A model generated the notes under the pieces. The model was given only the letters and a program-made list of their open reading frames with translations. It did no database searches and had not been told where the DNA came from. The position numbers and the translations under genes are program-made. This document shows, piece by piece, positions 25,379 to 38,780 of a stretch of 64,000 nucleotides of DNA. Source of the DNA: Camelus ferus (Eukaryota); NCBI RefSeq assembly GCF_009834535.1, contig NC_045696.1, positions 67,644,001-67,708,000 on the forward strand, in the 5' to 3' direction. Numbering within the stretch: position 1 is the stretch's first letter; each line of letters begins with the position of its first letter.

Positions 25379-26534
25379 CGAAAAGCTCACCCTAAACAGC
25401 GTTTAGAAAACAGACTGCCTTTTATAAAGTACCATGAAAGATTGTAGTAAACCTGACTTGTGCCTTCCAGGAATGCAAATAGCTTCCTCATTTCTGCTCC
25501 TCCAAGTTCTTACTTAAATTCTTGTACAGTCAGTTCAGACTCGTTCAGTCCCTTGATACCAAAAATGCGAGCAGGAAAGCATTCAAAATGCAAAAATGAA
25601 GATTAATGGAGGATTTTCAAGCACTTCTATTTAAACAATGTTTTGCACAGAGTGTGTTCTTGTTCTTCTGTGGCAGTGTTGCTAGAGACCACTGAAGAAT
25701 ACTTATTTTTTTCATAATTGGATGTCCCACAAATGCAGTAAATGATGCAAAAAGAGCACAATGTTCAGAGCTGTCATTTATGGTTAAATAATTAGTTGAC
25801 GTTACATTCAAATGCTACCTCTGGTATCACAGCCATTCTAAGCCTGAAGGGTTCTGTATTTCATTGAATGCAGGAGCCTATTCCAGTAATTTGTCTCAAG
25901 CAGACTTCTTGTTTTCCAGAGAGAATGGGTCAACCCCACTACATCAGTCACATTTCAAATGCAAATAAGAAACATCAGAGAATTAAGTAAAGCTTTTCCC
26001 CCACAAAAAATAACATCTGCCCTATCTCTTCATTGTTTTCCAGTAAGTTATTTCCTTTATTTAAACCCACATCCATACAAACACATTTGCACAGAGACAT
26101 GTGTGCATACACGTGCTCAGTGAAAGTGTTAATTAGGTTATCTTCACTTCAGAAGGCAAGTTGTGTTTGGTATGGGGCAGATTACTAGGACTCTTTTAAA
26201 AAATAGATAATATATGGGTATTCAAGTTAATTCACTCTTTTATGAGATATTTATTGCATCTCTACATGCAAAAGACCTTGTGCTAGATAATACTGTGCGT
26301 GGAATCAAAAGACACGAGTGACACCAGTCACTGCAGAAGTGTCCAAGTACAGGGACAAGACAGCAACTTGTTTAACACAGAGGGTCTGTGTCTCACAGCT
26401 ACGTTTTAGTCCTAGGGTTTTTCCAAAACTCAGTTATTACTGGGAACACTAGATAGGAAGTGGTAAGTAATCTTAAACATCTATAAAAATACTACATAAC
26501 TCAGAATAAGAAGGCACTCTGCCAGTCTCGTGCA

Positions 26535-27330
26535 GAAAATGGTGACATCTTTGATTCCTCTTTGCCTTTCCCATCCCACACACACTCCAGTAGCAAATCC
26601 TGTCAACTCTACCTTTGAAATATGCCCACTGTCTATCTGAGTGCCTCAGCGACCACCTTAGTCTAGACACCACCAGCATTTGCTCAGTCTATGGTAATAG
26701 CCTCTTAACTGTTCTCTCACTTCTGGTCTTTAACCCTACAGATTATTCTCCCCAGAGTAGCCAGGCATTCCCTTGAGAAAAATCGGTCAGCTCATGTCAT
26801 GCCTCAGCTCAAAACATTACAATACCTTCTTATCGCATTCAACATAAAATCCAAGTCTTCAGCCTGTCTTATAAGACCCCACAGCGTCTGGCTCTTGGCT
26901 GCCTCTCTGATCTCGTGTCCTGCAATTCTCCTCCATCACTACATTCCAGGCACCAGGCTTTTCTTGCTCCTGCATATTTCAAACATGCTTGGGCCTCAGA
27001 GCCTTGCATTTCTGTTTCCTCTACCTCTACCTCTTCCTCTGCTCTTCACCAGATACTTCACATTCCTACACATCATTCTAGTCTCAGTACAAATGCACCT
27101 AATCAAAACAGCACTTCTGAAATCTACCCTACTGGATCCATGCTCCATCTTCTTATTTATTTTTCTTTCTATTATTTAGTATCATTGAACCCACTGGGTG
27201 TGTGTATTTCAATTGACTGTTTCTATCGTCTAGAATGTAAGCTCCATGAGAGCAGGAACTTTAATTTTTTCACTACTGGGGTGAAAACTTCAGCACCTAG
27301 GACAATGCCTACCATACGGCAGGAGCTAAA
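26535..27330 (+). mobile_element. L2 (L2a-like) LINE, about 800 bp of the 3' part
   Basis: 'catctttgattcctc...gcaaatcctgtcaactctacctttgaaata...taatagcctcttaactg...ataaaatccaa...ctagaatgtaagctccatgagagcagg'. Confidence 0.9.
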
Positions 27331-29084
27331 ATTTGGTTTAGGTCCTTAAAAGATGGAAGGATCTAGACAAGTAAGGTAGGGATGGATGCAGCATCCAAAG
27401 CATTCAACCAACAACATAATCAAGTTCCTGGGCCTTAAGGGCATTCATTCATTCAAACCATATTGAATGACAACTTTGTGTGAGGCACTGTAATACTCTA
27501 TGCATTTAAAAGGGCAAAATGGAAAATGAGGGTTGCCTATGCGTAGACCACAGATCATATAAACTCTAAAATACTAGGGCATGCATGTTAGACACCTCTC
27601 AAGGAAGCTGCAATCAGACCAGCCACTAAGGGCTATAATGTTAGTTATCACTAAAAGGAGAAGGCCAAGAGCATTTGATTTATTAAGAGTGATATTAATC
27701 CAATAACCTTTATGATACCAGAGCTGCACAGAGCCTCAGTAGCCCCCTAGACCAACCTTCATTTCAGGTGGCATGAAAGTTACATTTTCAGAATATACCA
27801 CTTTACTTCCACTGTCTAATCAAGCAGTTCTGATGGAGAAGCTGTGAGATTTAACACCGATCAGTGCTGCCTTGACCCATTTCACTCTAGTGTCACTCAA
27901 GTCTGAAGCGTGATCCAGGCTAGATTCTTAGAATTCACGAATTTGTGGATGAAGGGGGCAATGGGACAAATGACTAATATCAGTAAAAATGTTTCTCCTT
28001 TTATTATGTTAAGATGCAATTTTTCTGATTGCTGTTGTGAAGGAAAGGGGGAGGGGGAGGGCATTAATCAACTGGAGTTGTGCTTTTTGTTGAGAAAATG
28101 GCTAATTATTTTCTATTTTGGTTAAGTAAATATTGAAACATGATAAACTGAAGGACATGCTGACAGCTCTGCTAACACATCTAGATGTCAACTTTTAAGA
28201 GTTTTTAATTCGATTGCAAGGAAAGTCATGTGAAATTTGTAGGAATGAGGCGTGTTACGCCAAAATAATTGATCCCCCATGTATTTATTAGGTGAAAAAG
28301 AGACAGTGGTACATCCAATGGGGACAGTAACTATGAATACAAACTATTTCTTTTTTTAAGGTTTCAATATCTAGGGTCAGTACAACAACTATCACCCAAG
28401 GTCAGCTTAAAAAAAGGCCATAAAGAGGCAGAACTACTTTAGCCTGGGTGGTGTTTGATCTGAGACTTAATAACTGGAGGGATTTTAAAAGGTAGAGAGA
28501 GCAATCCAGGGAGAGTTAAGCTGCATGAACAAATGTGTGGGGAAAAGGCAACTGATGTGGAATACGTGGGGAGCAAGGGAGACTACAACTGGCCCATTAG
28601 GTTGGAAACATGCAACTGACAAGTGGCACCAATGGAAGCCAAAGCCAAGAAGGTAATGAAAGACAGTTAGGGAAGGCTGAGGATGGCAGTGGGGCCAGCA
28701 GTAACAACAGTACGGACTGAAATAAAAAGCCTGTGGCCATGAGATGTGACAGTTCAGAATCCCTTGACTTCATTCTGCTCCCCACTCTTCCACTCCCATC
28801 CCTATCCAGTTTGGAGGCAAAGAAAGCTGCATCCAAAAATAACTATAATCTTCAAATATGTTTGTGGTAAAGGCCTTAGCTCCAACCACATGTGTTATAT
28901 CCAATAGCATAATTATAAAGAGAAGAGGAAGTAAGGTGTATGCCAACAAGGAGGTGAGTTTAGTTCAACAGGAGATCCCTGTCTCAAAAATGCCCTCATA
29001 TGGAATTGGTTCAAACCCTACTGGCTGGCCTGAAGTAGCCTTGGCTAACAGTGGACACAAATAAAAAACTAAAACAGCTGGAGA

Positions 29085-29265
29085 CTATTTGCTTGAATGA
29101 TGGGAAACCTGGGTTCTCATCCTGTGTTTTTCATTAAGTCATATTCAACATCTATGTAGCCATTGGCAAATCCCTTCCTCACCTAGACTCTTGCTTTTCT
29201 CATCTGTAAACAAGGAGCTTTGAGTAGACAATTTTGAGCAGGTCTTTTAACTCTAATAATCTGAC
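29085..29265 (+). mobile_element. MIR SINE
   Basis: 'aacctgggttctcatcctg...ttggcaaatcccttcc...ttttctcatctgtaaa'. Confidence 0.65.
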
Positions 29266-29379
29266 TTCATATGCTGCATGCTCTGAGGAGGTAAGACTCT
29301 GCTACTGCCTAAGGGTCAACATGGAATTTAAAATGTTTTTTCTCTATTATGATCCCACTGCTGCTGCCTGGTATCAAAA

Positions 29380-29556
29380 GGCTCCCTACTTTCCTTGGCA
29401 GTTTTCCTAAAATTATACCTTTACATGTTCCTTCTCCCCTAGTCTATACACCACTTAAATATTCTGCTAGACTCACGTTTGTATTTGATAGAGTTCCTAG
29501 TCCAGGATCTTACAAACAATGGTCATTGGACAAATATTTGTGAAGGAATGAATGAA
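29380..29556 (+). mobile_element. L2 3' fragment
   Basis: Ends in 'caaatatttgtgaaggaatgaatgaa'. Confidence 0.5.
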
Positions 29557-30779
29557 ATGTCAGAGTTTTTGAGTAACAAAGCAGATTATATTTCCAGAAA
29601 AATCTGAGAGGAAGTATTAACAATAAATATCAAATAAGATTCTATATTGCTGCTCCTATGATATTTTAATTTTATTTTTGGATATTTCTTTGGCAATTGG
29701 TACAAAAAGAAGTAACTATCCCATGGAAAAATCAGCAAATCACTCAGTGATCCTGCCTTTCCGGCCTGACTGTGATTCCTAGTGGAAGGCTTTATCCAGA
29801 GATCATGCATCAGAGACACAAGGATGAGCCCTAAGGATCTAGCTTCCAGGCTTGCCTCTTATGCTCAAACACCTTTAAGGAGGCCGATTACATCCTGGTT
29901 GTTTCAGGGCCACCGGTGGTTCTGGAATTAAGAGTTGTTCAGCACTGAAAATCACTTGTTTGTAAGTGATTACACACACTGCACTTCCTAATTCACCTAA
30001 CAGCTATTTAAAACCTGAAAAGTACCTAGTTCACGGGGACACGGCACCATTTAGTTACTGTGTTTGCGACAAACACCCCCAACCCCCACTCCGCGTAGCA
30101 CACGGTGGGTGTAAACTAAATGACCTCCCACTGTACCTTGTTCATGTTGCGGGCATACAATTATAAGAGTTTCCATCTTCAGAGTCAAAGAAAGAGGAAA
30201 TAGAAAAAATAAATAAATAAAGCCCTGAATTTAACACATCATCTTTGAGAATAAATGAGGTTACAAATCTACATTTGGAAGAACAGAATCTAGTCCATAT
30301 GTACCAGATACCATTTTATTTTTTTTCCAAACTCAAACTCCGGATTTCAAAATGTATACTCGCTCTCTATACTGAGGTAACAGCTTGTCAGAGAACTGTG
30401 GCGGCGGCGGCAGCAGGACCAGCACAGCAGATGGGGAGTATTTTTATGCTGGCTTTTAAGTGATAATGCAAGTTTACACGGGGTCATCCTAAATATTGTT
30501 TAAGAGCATGGAATGACTTGAGTCACTGTCTAACCCTGAGTAGGCTGTTTTGCTTTCAGTTTTTGTCTAAATTTGCTGCCATCAAGGCTTCGAGAGAAAT
30601 CTATCTTTTCTTTGAAGTAAGAGCTGCACAAATTTCTCAGAAACTCTCTTTTCAGATTCTCGTACATGTTTTAACTTGACATGAAGAATTCAGGGAAGAG
30701 AACAGCTATGAAAACGCCTCTAGTTAACTCAGTCTCGGCAGGTCACAGACGATGCGTGTTCCCGGAGAAAACACATAAA

Positions 30780-30960
30780 GCACTGGACGGTGGCTGGAGA
30801 CCCTAAGTTTTCATCTCAGCTCCCCCACTAACTGGCTGCATAGTATCTCTGAGCCTCAGTTTCCAGTATCTGGAAGACGTGCTTGCCAGTAACTACGGCA
30901 CAGAGCTGCGAGGTAGGAGGCGTCAGAATAAATAAAGCGCCCGCGAGGCGTTCAAGGTGC
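30780..30960 (+). mobile_element. MIR SINE
   Basis: 'cactggac...ggagaccctaagttttcatctcagctcccccactaactggctg...tctctgagcctcagtttcc'. Confidence 0.7.
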
Positions 30961-31364
30961 ACGCTCTCCCCTTCCTGTGCCGGAGCCTAGTTCTTCTGGT
31001 GCTAAAATGGAGGGAACAGTCTTGCTCCCCTTCAGGTTCAATTTCAAAAAATTTTCATGGATTTTTAAACAATCCTATGAAATCAGAACACAATTTTCAT
31101 TTTGCTCAATCACAAATAATGTACATCAATTTTAAGAGAATCTTAGGAAAACCTTGGGATGATACCTTTCATCAACACACCTTCTGTGTGGGCACACCTG
31201 AGGGACAGAACAGGCGGTGACCAGAAACAGTGACTGCCTTTAAAGGGAGACGTCTCCAGTGCGGATGGGCAGGTGGGAAGAGAGTGGAGTGGAGGAGGTT
31301 TTAGGATTTGGGCAAGGAATTAGATATCAGTTCCTTTGAAAAGCTGGGGCCCCCAGTATAACAC

Positions 31365-31850
31365 AGTTAGAAGGTAAGCTCCCAGGAGGCAGGTATTTTT
31401 TTATTATTATGTTCAATACTGTATCTCCAGTGCTTAGAAGAGAGGCACTCGAAAATATTTATTACTGGTAGAGAAGTGACAGGCTCATCCAGTTATACCC
31501 CTTTCTCTCTTCCCTATTGAAAAATCATTGTCCTAAAGATCTGTGAGGTATGCTCTTTCCCAAATGAGAAAACACCGTGTTCCGAGTTAGCACCTGACCT
31601 AAGTTTACGTAGCCAGAGAGTGCCTGAAGTAGGATCCCACCCCACTGACAGTCTTCTGTTCTTTCTGCTAAGCCGTGATGCCTCGATGAGCCTTACAAGT
31701 TGGAAGGCATGGATCAACTAATTTGACCACAGACAAGGTTGTGAATCTTTCTGGTCTTTCAAGTTCCACACCTGGAAGGATGGGTTCAAAATACAATTCA
31801 GAGAGTCCCTGGATCAAAAGAGATCAAGTAGTAAGTGAGTCAGTGGCGAA
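31365..31850. mobile_element. L2 3' fragment (+, about 31365-31470) and two opposed MIR fragments (about 31500-31650 minus, 31660-31850 plus)
   Basis: 'taagctcccaggaggcagg...ctgtatctccagtgcttagaa'; 'caaatgagaaaacac'; 'tttgaccacagacaagg...aatctttctggtctttcaagttccacacctgg'. Confidence 0.5.
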
Positions 31851-31999
31851 GTAAGAATGTGTGTGTTCTCGGGTCTCTTGAGTACAGACAGGGAATATGT
31901 GACCTTGCTTTGTAAGCTCTACAACACTAGAGAAATATTAATAGTGACTGACATTATGATTCCTGTTTTGTAAGCGCCTTTAGTCAGGGCATTACTCAC

Positions 32000-32070
32000 C
32001 TACTCATGAGTGGATTGGCCAGAGCTTGATAAACAGTGTCTGGTAAAGCTGGCATTTTGAGACTGAATGA
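32000..32070 (-). other. Candidate 71-nt exon of an unidentified minus-strand transcript
   Basis: On the minus strand: branch-like 'gctaag', 'ttcttattcatttctccag|TCATTC...GAGTAG|gtgagt'; unverified. Confidence 0.3.
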
Positions 32071-32699
32071 CTGGAGAAATGAATAAGAATGATAAAATCT
32101 TAGCAGGATAAATGTAAATGACTGCATTTCTGGGAAAACATTGACTTCAGAATTATACGATGGGTCAGATCCTTCCAAATAAGGCAGAGATTAAGATAAA
32201 ATTATGCATTAAATGCGAAATTCATAGGCACTCATTTTACTTCTTCAACAAAATGGATCCACGTTACAAAGGAAAAGGAGAGTTGGCCTCAAGACGTGTA
32301 TTTTTAAAATTGTGTTTAGGAACGAAATATTATGTTAGCTATATTTAGAGGAAATTACAATTTTCTAATAAAACAGTAACTACTCAAACATGAATTGTAG
32401 GAACTATGATGAAATCAAGTGATTCACCAGAACCTTTCTTTTGTCCTAAAATGTTACCCTTTAGATTGTCTGGAAATTTTATATTTTCTAGAACTTAAGA
32501 ATATTCAGCACAGAAAAAGGGCATGTGTTATTTATAACACTCAGCACATTCAATTCCATTAAAATGATAGTTTGATGGGTCAAACAGGGCACACAGTAAC
32601 AAAATCTGAATTTGAGAGGAATTCAGAGAAAAGAAAAACAGGGCACCGTCCTCAGGCAACCCTTAATCGCAGTCAGTCTTAGGGCTCCACAGATCCAGA

Positions 32700-32895
32700 C
32701 AGTGGTTCTCCAAAGACACGGGAATGAGAGGATCGACGCTTCCCGGGGGCTTCATGCCCTGGCGGTGTCACAATGGGTGTGTGTGTGCTGGCATGTAGTG
32801 GGGGGGATCAAGAATGTTAATGTGTTGCCACACACCAGACTTTGCCAAAAAATGAGGAAGTCTCTTGCCCTAATGTAAACAGTTGAAAAATACCA
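32700..32895. mobile_element. MER20-like hAT-Charlie DNA transposon remnant
   Basis: 'cagtggttctccaa...tgtcacaatggg...ctggcatgtagtgggg...gttgaaaaatac'. Confidence 0.5.
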
Positions 32896-32949
32896 GACTA
32901 CTCTCCAGTTTTCCATGATTTTGATCCCTGGTTATATTTCTGTAGCTAT

Positions 32950-33455
32950 TGTGATGGTTAATTTGATGTGTCAGCTTGACTGGGTTAAGGGATGTCCAGA
33001 TAGCTGGTAGCAGAGTTTGTCTGGGTTTGTCTGTGAAGGTGTCTCTGGAACAGGAGCATGTGACTCAGTAAACAAGCAGAGAAGACCTGCCCTCACCAGT
33101 ACGGGTGGGCCTCACCCAGCGCACTGAGGGCCTGAGCAGAACAAGAAGGAGGAAGGGCAAGTGCTCTCTGCTCGAGCTGGGACATCCACTGTCTCCTGCC
33201 CTCTGGTACCAGTGCCCCTGGTTCCAAGCCTTCAGACCCGGACCGGGACTCAGACCACCACTGCCTCCCACCCCCACCCCCTTCTACTCTTAGACCTTTA
33301 AATTCCGACTGAATTATACCACCACCATTCCTGGTTCTCTAGCTTTCAGACAGCAGATTGTGGGACTTCTCAGCCACTGTAATTCCTTGAGCCAATTCCT
33401 TCAATAAATATATGCATATCCTGTTGGTTCTGTTTCTCTGGAAGACCCTAATACA
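32950..33455 (+). mobile_element. MLT2 (MLT2B-like) ERVL solo LTR
   Basis: Starts 'tgtgatggttaatttgatgtgtcagcttgactgg' and ends 'ttggttctgtttctctggaagaccctaataca' (TG...CA), with internal AATAAA. Confidence 0.92.
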
Positions 33456-33789
33456 CCTTTCACCTGAAAAATCAATCCTTGATCAAAAAGATCAGTAACA
33501 CAAAATGCAAAATGGAAGATACCAACAGTCTCAAAATTATTTAAGGTTTTAAAATTTTCTCCCATAATTAGGGGACAGAACCAGTGGGTCAGTGGGTTTC
33601 CCTCTCTTCCCACTTCTCTCTCTTTCTCAAATGGTATGACTAATTAAAATTTGTAAAATTGTTTTGATCAGGCCACTGAGTATATGAAAGTGTTGAACAC
33701 ACAGGCCTTGAACTTCGCGGTTTTAATAAAAGCAGACATCTTGACAGTCAGAGAAGCTGGTCAACTTGAAACACACTATGTGACTTTCT

Positions 33790-34070
33790 TTGTTCATTCA
33801 TTCAAACAAGGTTATGGAACACCTTCTAGGTTCTAGGCACTTAGCAGCATACCAAAATGAGTCAGTAAAAAGCTCATTTTCACAGAGCTTTATGTCTAAG
33901 AAGGGTGCAAAGACATACAGGCACATAACTTCAATATGAAGCAGGAGATGAAAACTTCCACCAAAGGTGAATGACCGAGGGCAACATGGATTCAGAGAGG
34001 GGACATTCACTTCTAGGTCAAGGACCTGAAAAGGCTTACAGGCAAGGTGGCACCTGAAAACTAAAGTTTC
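33790..34070 (-). mobile_element. L2 3' fragment
   Basis: 'ttcattcattcaaacaag...taggttctaggcact...cacagagctttatgtctaa'. Confidence 0.65.
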
Positions 34071-36236
34071 CTGCTCTCCCCACTGAAACCCCTCCACCGC
34101 CACGCTGTCTAGTATGGTATATGGTGATACGTGTAATGAACTGAGTGTGCAAACCAGGTAACATTTAACGGTAAACATTATGCAGCCAATTTAATTTCAT
34201 TTTGTACCTTACAAATTCACTTACCCCAGTGACAGTCTTCAAAAAAATCATCCTGAAGACACAAATGACAGTATTTTGCATTTTCCCACTTAAAGATAGT
34301 TTTTCACGTTGCATCAGAAAACAAGGCCAGAGCATTGCGTTCTGAACATATGTGTAGTATTTATTATGTGCACACATATCCTGTATAATAGCCGTCCTAC
34401 TTGTAGTTTTAACCAGCAATGTGGTTGATACTTAACATGACAAAATAGGGTGGAGAAGAAAATAACAAAAACTTGCCTGAAAGAATTTATCTATAATTCA
34501 TTAGGTGCAAAGGGATTTAGGTAGCCAAAAAAAAAAAAAAAAAAAAAAAATAAGCCTCCTTTAGAAGTATTTCATTTACCTAACAGCTTGAAATCTTTAC
34601 TGCAGATTATCACTAATGTGACTCTCCCCCCTACCTTTTGGAGTTTGTATACTGCAATGAAAGGAAATAGGAAGCCTCACAGCCAGCGACATCAGGGCCC
34701 TTTAATCATCCAGATCTGAGATGCCTGCACATGAAACAAGAATGGGGCATCTGTGCACAGGTCCACGTTCAGAGGCAGAGATGCCTTCCAGGGATTTTCA
34801 TCCCATCCCCACTGTTTGTCCTAGGTTTTTTCCCTCTTGCTTCTCCTTTCCCTGTGGTTTTTCAGGGGACTTATATTGTCTTCTGTTCCATTTGATGACA
34901 CCTTGTCAATTAGATGCACTCTGTTCAGTTCAGAAGTTCATTAAATTCAGATAACACACCATTTTTGCAAGCTGACTGATGTTTATTAATGTAACATGCG
35001 AAACGGGTAATTCAGCAGAGAATTTGAGCCTTTCTTTGCATCACTCAGACACCTAGAATAATGCAGTGTGTCTGGAATTCATCAGGGACTTTATGATATT
35101 ATTTACATATTTAAAGAATCCTTGAAAGTCACATGCCTTTGAGAAATTCAGGAATGCGTGCATTGTAAAAAGATAAATCTGATATAGGCAATATGCTGAT
35201 TCACAGAGCCCTCACCTGCTTTGATTTTTGTGTCTGTGTTGTGGGGGGGATGGAGAAGGAAAGGGGGCAGGGGAGTGGCAATAAGAAGTTCATTATGTAA
35301 TTAAGCTCTGGGTTTTTAATAAGATGTCTGCCATCATTAACAGCTACAATAACATTAACCTTTAAATTTAAATAGTAAGTTCAATTTTCAAAGTTATTTT
35401 CCTCTATTTGTTATCTCATTAAGCTGGGGTTTTCTATTATGCTTTTTTGAAGAATAAAAACAAACATGAATGAAACAAACATTAATTGATGTATCAATCC
35501 TCAATCACATAACCTTGCCAAAAGGAAGGATTTCCAAGTATAATGAAATTGAAAAAACTGGAACTCGGGGAAATGCATAGTACGCATTACCCATCTGCTC
35601 CCTCGAATCTTTATAACCTTCTGTGCCTGTTGAGCCTCTTAAGATAAAGATGGTAAATGCAAGCCCAACGATGCCATATCGTTTTAGAACATGTAAAGCT
35701 AGCCAGTCTACTTTAAGAGACATTGCCTAACTGCCTAGGACCTGCTGGGCACTCAGATTCTCTGAGATAAATCCTTCTCTCTTTGGGAGCTCACAGTTTA
35801 GGAAGAAATAAATAAGAAACTTGTCTGCATAACTGAGAGCAATTATTTAAATATTATTAATGTTCCATATAGGCAGAGGATTGAGGCGATGACTCTCCCT
35901 TCTTTTCCTTTCTCTCTCCCCTCTCTCTTTCTGATGACACTAAGAGCAGGCACTGAAATCTCATCATGTGTGTACAAGTTTGATTATTGTAACGATAGTC
36001 AAGAATTTTACTCAAGAGTTAAAAAACAAAAGAGATTAAGCACTCACTGAGCATCAGAATATTCTTTTATCCCACCAAGGCTGCTGTCTATTACGTGAAT
36101 TCGAAGAGAAGAGGAATACAGGTACTCTAAGAAAAGTCAGCTGCTCTCAAGTTAATCTTTTAAACCTATGTTGGTATAAGATACAGATGAGGGAGGGTAT
36201 ATTGAAGCAAATATGGGTGGTCAAAAACATATCTTT

Positions 36237-37420
36237 GTCAAGAGTTTGAGATGAAAAGCCACAGATGGAGAGAAAATATCTGCAAACGTCATCTCTGATT
36301 AAAAAAATAACTTATTTAAAATGTACAAAGAGCTCATAAAATTCAATAAGAAAATGAATGATCTGATTAAAAATTGCAAAAGACCTGAACAGAGACCTCA
36401 CCAAAAAAAAGAAATACAGATGGTAAATAAGTATATGAAAAGATGCTAAACATCTTAAGTTACTAGGGATTTGCAAATTAAAGTAACGATGAGGTACACT
36501 ACATATCTATTAGAATGGTCAAAATCTGAAACACCAACAGCAATACCAAATGCTGTCCAGCGAATGGAGCAACAGGAACTTTCTTTCGTTGCTGCAGAAA
36601 CACAAAATGGTATAGCCACTGTGGAAGACAGTTTGACAGTTCCATACAAAAACAGACATATCCTTAACCCTAAGATTTGACAATCACACTCCTTGGTATT
36701 TCCATACATGATGTGAAAACTTATGTCCACACAAAAACCTGCACATGGATGTTTATAGCAGCTTTATCCATAATTGCCTAAACTTAAAAGCAACCAAGAT
36801 ATCCTTCAGGGGGTACATGGCTAAATAAACTGTAGTAAGTCTAGACAATAGAATATGATTCAGCACTAAAAGGAAATGAGACATCAAGCCATGTAAAGAC
36901 ATGGAAGAAAGTTCAGTGCATATTACCAAGTGGAAAACAAGCCAATCTGCAATGGCTACACTGCTGTATGATTCCAATGATATGACGGTCTGGAAAAGGT
37001 AAAACTATGAAGACTGTAAAAAGGTGGGCGGTTGCTAGAAGTTAGAGGAAGAAGGGATGGAAGAAGGGATGGAAGAAATTAGAGGAAACAGAGTACAGAG
37101 GATTTTTAGTGAAGATTTTTTATTTTAACAGTGAAACTATTCAGTCGGACACTGTAACAGTAGTAGATACATATCATTATATACATGTCCGGTTACTGAG
37201 ACTGTACAACATCAAGTGTGAATGTTACATGAACTTGGGCGACTGTGATGTATCAATGTAGGTCCACTGATTATAACACACATACCATTCTGGTGCAGGA
37301 TGTTGATGGTGGGGGAGGCTGTGTGTGCGCAGAGTGAGACGGTATGTGAAGTCTCTGATCTTCCGGCTCAATTTTGTTGTGAGCCCAAAATTGCTACAAA
37401 ACGTAAAGTCTTTTTAAAAT
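36237..37420 (+). mobile_element. L1 (L1MC1-like) 3' fragment: degenerate ORF2 C-terminus plus 3'UTR
   Basis: ORF 36471-36680 'MQIKVTMRY...EQQELSFVA...NGIATVEDSL' resembles the L1 ORF2 C-terminus; UTR motifs 'aaaacttatgtccacacaaaaacctgcacatggatgtttatagcagc' and 'ctcaattttgttgtgagcccaaaa'. Confidence 0.92.
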
Positions 37421-37504
37421 ACATACATACACAGACACACACGCATATCTTTGGAAATCCACTTCATGCAGGGAAGGACGAGAAACACTATGATGGTTAG
37501 TACT

Positions 37505-37710
37505 GGAGCTTAAAATAGTTGAAAGAAAGGGGTTTTTAAGAGAGAAAGGATGGATTTGACTCCTGGTTCTGATCTTCACTAGCTGTTTAACAAATTCTCT
37601 AACAATCTCCACATCTGTAAGATAGGACCAAACACCGACTTGTAAGGAGTTTTCTGAGCATGAAAATGAGATAATGGACACACATGTTCCCCACACTTCA
37701 AAGCACGCAT
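37505..37710 (+). mobile_element. MIR SINE
   Basis: 'tggatttgactcctggttctgatcttcactagctgt...ccacatctgtaagatagg...aaatgagataatgg'. Confidence 0.7.
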
Positions 37711-38619
37711 GCATTACTGAATGGTTCTGCTTTTAGGTGGTTGCTGTAACTTCCTTAAAGAACTGGTTCCAAAGAGCTTAGGTTTTCCATTTGCGTATGC
37801 AGAAAGAGAACAGATACCATGAATTCACTGTGGGGAAATAAAACTGGAGGCGGGAATGACAACTCAGTGATTGGTGGTCTGAGAAGGATTCTTACCCACC
37901 CTGAGGACTGGAGGCAGGAGTAAGGAGGTTGGGGGTGTAAAAGGAAACGTGAGTACACAAATGCACACGTGTGTGAGTGAGTTGTGCCACATGTCATTCC
38001 GCATCTATTTATTCTCACATCCTTATGCCTTAAAAGATCTAACCAACATCATCAAGAATTAACTCACTTCTGTCCCATGTAAAGTGAAAATCACTTGGGC
38101 AAGAGATGAAGAATGAAGGGAAATGGAATTGAGAAACAAGAAGGATTCAAGACAAAGGGTAGGGGGATTGCAAAACCCTTCCCAGCTCTCAAACTGTGTG
38201 TGGCATGTGAGAGTGTGTCAGTGTGTGGGTAGGCAATCCACAAGGCAGAACCAATGATACAAAATTAAAACTGAATAAACTACTCATATATTTTTCTGGG
38301 CAACACAAGAAGCCTTCTGGTGAGAACCTTTGTCAAGCTATGAGATGGAGGTAGGGTCTGGAGAATCCCTGGGGAGCAAGACTCTGGCTGCACTTCTGGG
38401 TTCTAGCCTGGCCTCTCCCCAAGCTCCCAGCACACCTGCTTGTCTGCCAGACTCTTATTCAGTATAAATTGAACTTTGCAAGACCAGGGCGGAAACATTT
38501 GTTAAATACATGAATAAATGAATGGCAAAATGATATACTAAAGGCCACCCCAGATTCCTTCCTTCATTAGAAACTTGTGAGCCACAGAGATAACCAAATA
38601 TACTAGCTCACTTGACCGT

Positions 38620-38780
38620 CCCACAAACATGATTCCAGGGAAAGGATTAGTAATTCTACTTTATCGGTGAAAACCGAGGCACTGAAAAAAGATGAAACAT
38701 GTGGAGATCGCCTGGCTAGAAAGCAGCTGAGTCCAGGTCTCCGGACTGAAATAATAATGTTCTAGCCATTGTATCATATT
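38620..38780 (-). mobile_element. MIR SINE
   Basis: 'tactttatcggtgaaaaccgaggcactg...gctagaaagcagctgag'. Confidence 0.55.

Noticed and set aside
26799..27349. Overlapping 126-aa and 144-aa ORFs
   Set aside because: They lie entirely within an L2 element
31500..31850. Adjacent inverted MIR pair as a dsRNA-forming element
   Set aside because: The copies are too diverged to pair stably
36471..36977. ORFs 36471-36680, 36455-36730 and 36753-36977
   Set aside because: Degenerate L1 ORF2/3'UTR and its antisense; not a gene
37047..37076. 12-bp tandem duplication (ggaagaagggat) inside the L1
   Set aside because: Ordinary slippage in a purine-rich L1 segment
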